A DNA stretch of 20,000 nt from the IMG/VR virus record IMGVR_UViG_3300044953_000168. One strand, 5' to 3'. This document shows positions 16,033 through 20,000 of the stretch, piece after piece; the stretch's first letter is position 1, and every line of letters starts with the position of its first letter. Under the pieces are notes generated by a model. That model was not told the DNA's origin. It searched no databases and saw only the letters and a program-made list of their open reading frames with translations. Made by a program: the position numbers and the translations under genes. The stretch is from an uncultured virus (IMG/VR IMGVR_UViG_3300044953_000168) (taxonomy: Duplodnaviria; Heunggongvirae; Uroviricota; Caudoviricetes).

Positions 16033-16698
16033 TTACGGATATGGTACTTCGTTAAATCCGGGAGACTTGATTAGTTGTTTATGTAGCTTATCCTTCTTTA
16101 TGAAGAGTAAGCTATTGTAGAAATGTATAGAATCTACATTTAGCTTATACTTGAAATTAGCACTGTCTTGTGAGCCGTGTAGATCTGATGTAACATAATC
16201 GATTATATCTTTTAGCTTATGTATTATAGTTTTTTCATTAGGCGGTACAGCATAGCAGGTCTGGGTATCTTCTATAAAGTACATGCCTTTTGGTTTCAGG
16301 GCGTCTAGAAATAGATGGTCAAAAGTTAGTATATGGTCTGCAACTTTATGGCTAGCATCATCAATTATTATATCGAATCTGCCGTGTTTACCTACGACAT
16401 TACCAAGGAATCCAGGATCTGACTGGTCTCCTATCTCTACTTTGATTTTGCCTTTCTCATGAACCTTGCAGCCAGGAAGAATATCTATCCCTACTATAGT
16501 AGTATGAGGGTGAGTGAAATACCTGTCCCACATGGACAGTGATCCCCCTTTCTCTACTCCAATTTCTAGTATAGATATTGGATCATGCCTTATTCCGACA
16601 AAGTAGTGGTGGTATATGTCCAAATAATGCTCATACTTAATAGAAGCTCCTTCTTTAGAAGGATCTAGAGAATCGAATATACTTCTAAGAAAGTTCAT
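16033..16698 (-). CDS. Class I SAM-dependent methyltransferase, sugar O-methyltransferase (MycE/ElmM)-like
   Basis: 'KYEHYLDIY', 'ILEIGVEKGGSLSMWDRYF', 'IVGIDI', 'GDQSD', 'FDIIIDDASH', 'GMYFIEDTQTCY'. Start moved to 16698 (ATGA overlap with the aminotransferase stop). Confidence 0.88.
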   Translation of the reverse strand: MNFLRSIFDSLDPSKEGASIKYEHYLDIYHHYFVGIRHDPISILEIGVEKGGSLSMWDRYFTHPHTTIVGIDILPGCKVHEKGKIKVEIGDQSDPGFLGNVVGKHGRFDIIIDDASHKVADHILTFDHLFLDALKPKGMYFIEDTQTCYAVPPNEKTIIHKLKDIIDYVTSDLHGSQDSANFKYKLNVDSIHFYNSLLFIKKDKLHKQLIKSPGFNEVPYP

Positions 16699-17873
16699 TG
16701 CCATCCCTGTTTTATCTTTGATATAACAAAATCTACTTGTTCTTCTGTAACATGCCATCCTACTGGAAGGCATATCATTTTATCTATTACCTTTTCCAGA
16801 GAGGGTAAGTACGAAAGGTACTTAGACACACAGCTATGCTTGTCGTTTCTTTCATGTACTCTGCTTACCTGAATTTTGTTTGCTGCCATGCTGCGCATGA
16901 AGCTATCCCGATCCTCTACCAGAACGGTATAGATCCAATAGGACGACTGCGTATCGTGAGGTAGCAATTTTAGTCCGTTGACATTAGCTAGAGAGCTAGT
17001 ATAATGTAGCGCATTCTTTCTGTGTCTATCTATAATAGACGGAAGGTAAGGCAGATTAGAAAGACCTATAGTAGCTGAGATATCGTTCATGTGGAATTTA
17101 AATCCCCATTCCTCGATATTGTGCTCGCACCGGAAGTCCTTTCTAGCGCCTTCTCTGTTGATCCCATACCATCTTACTAGCCTGGCACGTTCTGCCAGGT
17201 TAGAGTAGGGGAGTACTAGGGCTCCACCATCGCCACAAGTCAGGTGCTTGATAGCCTGGAAGCTGAATGTTGATATGAATCCTTGCGAAGCAATATGTTG
17301 ATTGTTATAGGTAGTTCCAATACCGTGAGCGCAGTCCTGGATGACCATTGGTGTAAAGCCTATAACATCCTTAGCTCTAGCAATTATTGACTTTAGCTTA
17401 GAGATGTTTACGGGGGTACCTCCCCAATAGACTAACATGATAGCCTTAGTAGTAGGAGTAAGTTTTCTGGCTAGATCATCCAGATCCATGTTCATTGTAT
17501 GTGGATCAATATCTACCCACTTTATGTTTAGTCCGTTAGCCAGGATTGGCCAGTTACTTGCTGTGCAAGTAAGGGGAGTAGCAAGTATCTCGTCCCCTGG
17601 ATTGATTCCAGGCCAGTGTATTTCTGTAGTAATTCCTAGATAGTTATCAGAGATATCTCGGAAAACAGCAGGCTTCTTTAATAGATGGAGTATGAGATGC
17701 TCAGCTGAGGTTGCACTATTGACCGTAACTACGTTATCGTTATTAAATAACGTCTTAAGCTTTTCTTCAAAAAGCTTTACTTTTGGTCCTTCTCCTATAT
17801 AGCCGCTGTTTAATACTTCAGAAACGTTAGCTGCGGCCTCAGGAGCCATGTGTACTTTAAAGAGGTCTATCAT
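16695..17873 (-). CDS. DegT/DnrJ/EryC1/StrS family PLP-dependent NDP-sugar aminotransferase
   Basis: 'GYIGEGPKVKLFE', 'VNSATSA', 'PGDEILATPLTC', 'IQDCAHG', the catalytic-Lys motif 'FSFQAIKHLTCGDGG' and C-terminal 'CLPVG'; 392 aa. Confidence 0.95.
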   Translation of the reverse strand: MIDLFKVHMAPEAAANVSEVLNSGYIGEGPKVKLFEEKLKTLFNNDNVVTVNSATSAEHLILHLLKKPAVFRDISDNYLGITTEIHWPGINPGDEILATPLTCTASNWPILANGLNIKWVDIDPHTMNMDLDDLARKLTPTTKAIMLVYWGGTPVNISKLKSIIARAKDVIGFTPMVIQDCAHGIGTTYNNQHIASQGFISTFSFQAIKHLTCGDGGALVLPYSNLAERARLVRWYGINREGARKDFRCEHNIEEWGFKFHMNDISATIGLSNLPYLPSIIDRHRKNALHYTSSLANVNGLKLLPHDTQSSYWIYTVLVEDRDSFMRSMAANKIQVSRVHERNDKHSCVSKYLSYLPSLEKVIDKMICLPVGWHVTEEQVDFVISKIKQGWQ

Positions 17874-18376
17874 TTTCTTGTTATGAGTATGCAGGGATTT
17901 ATCGAAGCGTGATTCACGTAATAACTATGATTAGGGGACTTTACAATTTTATCTAGTACTGCTTGACACATGTCATGAATGACTATATACTTACAGTTAG
18001 TATCTTGAAGTTTGTTAGCGATAGTAGCACGATGATCTGGAATGTTATCGTGCGTGTGATCTACAAGTACTATATCTGGAATTTCAGATTGCATAAATAG
18101 TACATCAATATATTTTTCTATTTCTGTATCAGGTATATGTAGATAGGATGTATTAGGGTATTGGTATGTTTTAGATATATAGTCAAACCACTCCTTATCT
18201 GTTTGTACAGATATATAACGAGCAGCCCTGGGAGCATAGACTGGAGTAGAATACTCACCAGCACCCAGCTCTAGCATGAAAGGAATAGTATCTGGATATA
18301 TCTTATTAATCATATCTATATGAGACCCCCATTGTGCTCTTTCAAATTGGGTATGTTGTTCTTTCTTTATTATCAT
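17870..18376 (-). CDS. Small class I SAM methyltransferase-like protein
   Basis: 'MLELGAGEYSTP', 'ISVQTDKEW', 'DIVLVDH', 'YIVIHD'; 168 aa. Confidence 0.7.
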   Translation of the reverse strand: MIIKKEQHTQFERAQWGSHIDMINKIYPDTIPFMLELGAGEYSTPVYAPRAARYISVQTDKEWFDYISKTYQYPNTSYLHIPDTEIEKYIDVLFMQSEIPDIVLVDHTHDNIPDHRATIANKLQDTNCKYIVIHDMCQAVLDKIVKSPNHSYYVNHASINPCILITRK

Positions 18377-19251
18377 AGGAGCTTAGCTACTTCTGTTTTG
18401 GTTCGTTCTATAGTATAGATACTTCGATAAGTATCTTGTATAGACTTACAGTCTATACTCAAGCTTTTATGGTAAGCTTCTAGTATTGAGTATTCTTCTT
18501 TAAACAGGAATAGAGAATCAGGAAGATCTCCAAATCCTATTTTTTCTTTGGTGTCTCTACCCATGTATACAGGTATTCCCATATCAAGTGCCTTACATAC
18601 GGCATAACAGTTTATTCCAAATTGCTTATTATGTATAAGTAAAGTAGTATAGGGGAGTATATCTATGTCTCTTATGAATCCATCAGGGCAAGCAGGTCCC
18701 CCATGTATCTTGACCGGGTAGCCCTCGTTCTTTAGCTTAATAAGTTCTTTAGTCTCTTCTACTAAATGTGACTGGGTTATTAGTTGAGTAATGTACTTTC
18801 TTTCTATATGAGGAGGCTGGTATGGAACCCAATTAGGAATAAAGTCAAAATTATTAATAGCCTTAGCTTTAGGATGGTTAGCAGTCTTTATGCCGGGCAT
18901 AGACCTAAACTGAGGGTTCCTGAGATAGTTCTGCATCTGAGCATCAAACCATGTGGGCTTAATGTAGTGTATAGACTTAATCTCAGGTAACATACTCCAT
19001 AGCATGTCTACTGTGTTTATGTCAGCTAGATTATCCATAAAATCAATAGTACCAATATTTGGGTATAGTTTTTGTGGTTCAAATAACTGATCAACTACTT
19101 CTAACTTATTTTGTTTCACAGAAGAATAAGCGAATCCGATTGATCTAGTAAGATTTTCTGTAGCAAGAAATACTTCTTGGTCTAATTGAGAGAATGCTGT
19201 ATACATGTAATACATAACATCTGGATGGTGAACAAACATTAGTATTCTCAT
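18373..19251 (-). CDS. Putative GT-B-fold glycosyltransferase
   Basis: N-terminal 'MRILMFVHHPD...' Rossmann-type start, 'FIPNWV', 'VKIHG' and C-terminal 'HNKQFGINCYAVCKALDMGIPVY' (degenerate GT4-type ExF...EAxxxGxPV motif). Confidence 0.6.
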   Translation of the reverse strand: MRILMFVHHPDVMYYMYTAFSQLDQEVFLATENLTRSIGFAYSSVKQNKLEVVDQLFEPQKLYPNIGTIDFMDNLADINTVDMLWSMLPEIKSIHYIKPTWFDAQMQNYLRNPQFRSMPGIKTANHPKAKAINNFDFIPNWVPYQPPHIERKYITQLITQSHLVEETKELIKLKNEGYPVKIHGGPACPDGFIRDIDILPYTTLLIHNKQFGINCYAVCKALDMGIPVYMGRDTKEKIGFGDLPDSLFLFKEEYSILEAYHKSLSIDCKSIQDTYRSIYTIERTKTEVAKLL

Positions 19252-20000
19252 ATAGTAATCTTACCTATCCCTTTAGGGAATGGAGTAAGGTCTACTTCAA
19301 TACTGTTCTGTTCTTTTTTATTCTTTAAAAATATGTTTCTCCAATTATCATTTAATACAATTCTAAGATTATATGTCCAGTCCATTTCTGGATGTGGATT
19401 AAGATTTGGGTGGCATATGTTATAGTACCACACGAACAGTCTTCCTTCTGGGGCACCGGCTCCTCTATATTTCATACAGAAGTCTATAAATTGCTGGTTC
19501 ACCTTTCCGGAGGTAGTGATATCAACAAAGGTCTTGCCGTCTACAATATTATTAGATGCCATCATCTGTCTATATTCTTGCTCTATCTGAGGATTCTGTA
19601 TGTCATTATCGAACAATGCCTTTACGCAGTTGTTATATACATACATCTCAGGAGCCTTGAAGTGGGCATGGAAGATATCTCCATCACCGACTATATTGGC
19701 CGGAGGCCGATCGGCATAGTAAGGTACTACGTGTCTACCCGCCTTAGATGCAAGCATCTGTAGGTCGGGCGTTATTCTATATATGTGAACTCTTGGTCCA
19801 GCTATTCCTGGGCCCTGAGGATTCTTCCTCGTGGGAATCTCCTCTCCAAAATAGAAAGTCTTGCCGTCTTCTGAGAAGGCAGTGACTCTTGGAGAAGAAA
19901 AGTAAGAGTAGCGAGTATCATGTAGCAAGGTAGGAAGTAGGCGTAAGAGAGATTCAGAAGGATACTCATCATCGTCTAACATTACCCATAGATCTCCAGT
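19248..20000 (-). CDS. GT2-like (GT-A fold) glycosyltransferase, 5'-truncated by the window edge
   Basis: The frame is open to the window end and reads TGDLWVMLDDDEYPSESL, matching the GT2 'GDWxxxLDxDE' DxD region. Later 'GRHVVP' and 'IFHAHFK'. ATGA overlap with the next gene. Confidence 0.7.
   Translation of the reverse strand, partial: TGDLWVMLDDDEYPSESLLRLLPTLLHDTRYSYFSSPRVTAFSEDGKTFYFGEEIPTRKNPQGPGIAGPRVHIYRITPDLQMLASKAGRHVVPYYADRPPANIVGDGDIFHAHFKAPEMYVYNNCVKALFDNDIQNPQIEQEYRQMMASNNIVDGKTFVDITTSGKVNQQFIDFCMKYRGAGAPEGRLFVWYYNICHPNLNPHPEMDWTYNLRIVLNDNWRNIFLKNKKEQNSIEVDLTPFPKGIGKITI

Noticed and set aside
1461..16773. ORF-track starts at 1461, 12205, 14833 and 16773
   Set aside because: Downstream ATGs (1497, 12157, 14818, 16698) give a proper signal peptide, an SD, or ATGA coupling, and avoid long overlaps.
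13407..18376. Methyltransferases as DNA methyltransferases or a restriction-modification system
   Set aside because: No DPPY/NPPY or PC/ENV motifs; motifs and context fit small-molecule or sugar methyltransferases.
12057..19763. Plus-strand ORFs in the right block (12057..12410, 12593..12796, 13756..14085, 17437..17643, 19392..19763 and others) and nested 12629..12880
   Set aside because: Antisense or out-of-frame shadows of the - strand operon genes.
1..20000. Stop-codon reassignment (alternative genetic code)
   Set aside because: Standard-code ORFs already tile the window almost completely, and TAA, TAG and TGA all end genes directly followed by new starts.
13407..20000. Eukaryotic giant virus origin suggested by GT17 and the sugar genes
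   Set aside because: Overlapping operon structure, a lipobox lipoprotein, a holin-like gene and a sigma-like factor point to a prokaryotic virus.

Overview
This window looks like part of a large tailed dsDNA bacteriophage genome (or prophage); the host is unknown. It is almost fully coding and forms two converging blocks. The + strand (1-11798) is a late/structural-type module: baseplate/tail-like proteins, a holin-like / lipoprotein / small helical protein trio, a cassette of mutually paralogous beta-rich virion-like proteins bracketed by two paralogous coiled-coil genes, a 986-aa tail-fibre-like protein with 67-aa His-motif repeats, and a sigma70/ECF-like factor. The - strand (11795->20000) is a tightly coupled operon for making and decorating glycans: GT2-like, GT-B-like and GT17 (MGAT3-like) glycosyltransferases, a DegT/DnrJ/EryC1/StrS sugar aminotransferase, four class I SAM methyltransferase-like genes, and a GC-richer 422-aa unknown protein. 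The best candidate for a new system is a phage-encoded pathway that builds methylated amino-sugar glycans, possibly for the adjacent Ser/Thr-rich virion proteins; that target is inferred. All calls come from motif recognition by eye, with no database searches. No tRNA, rRNA, CRISPR array or transposase was seen.
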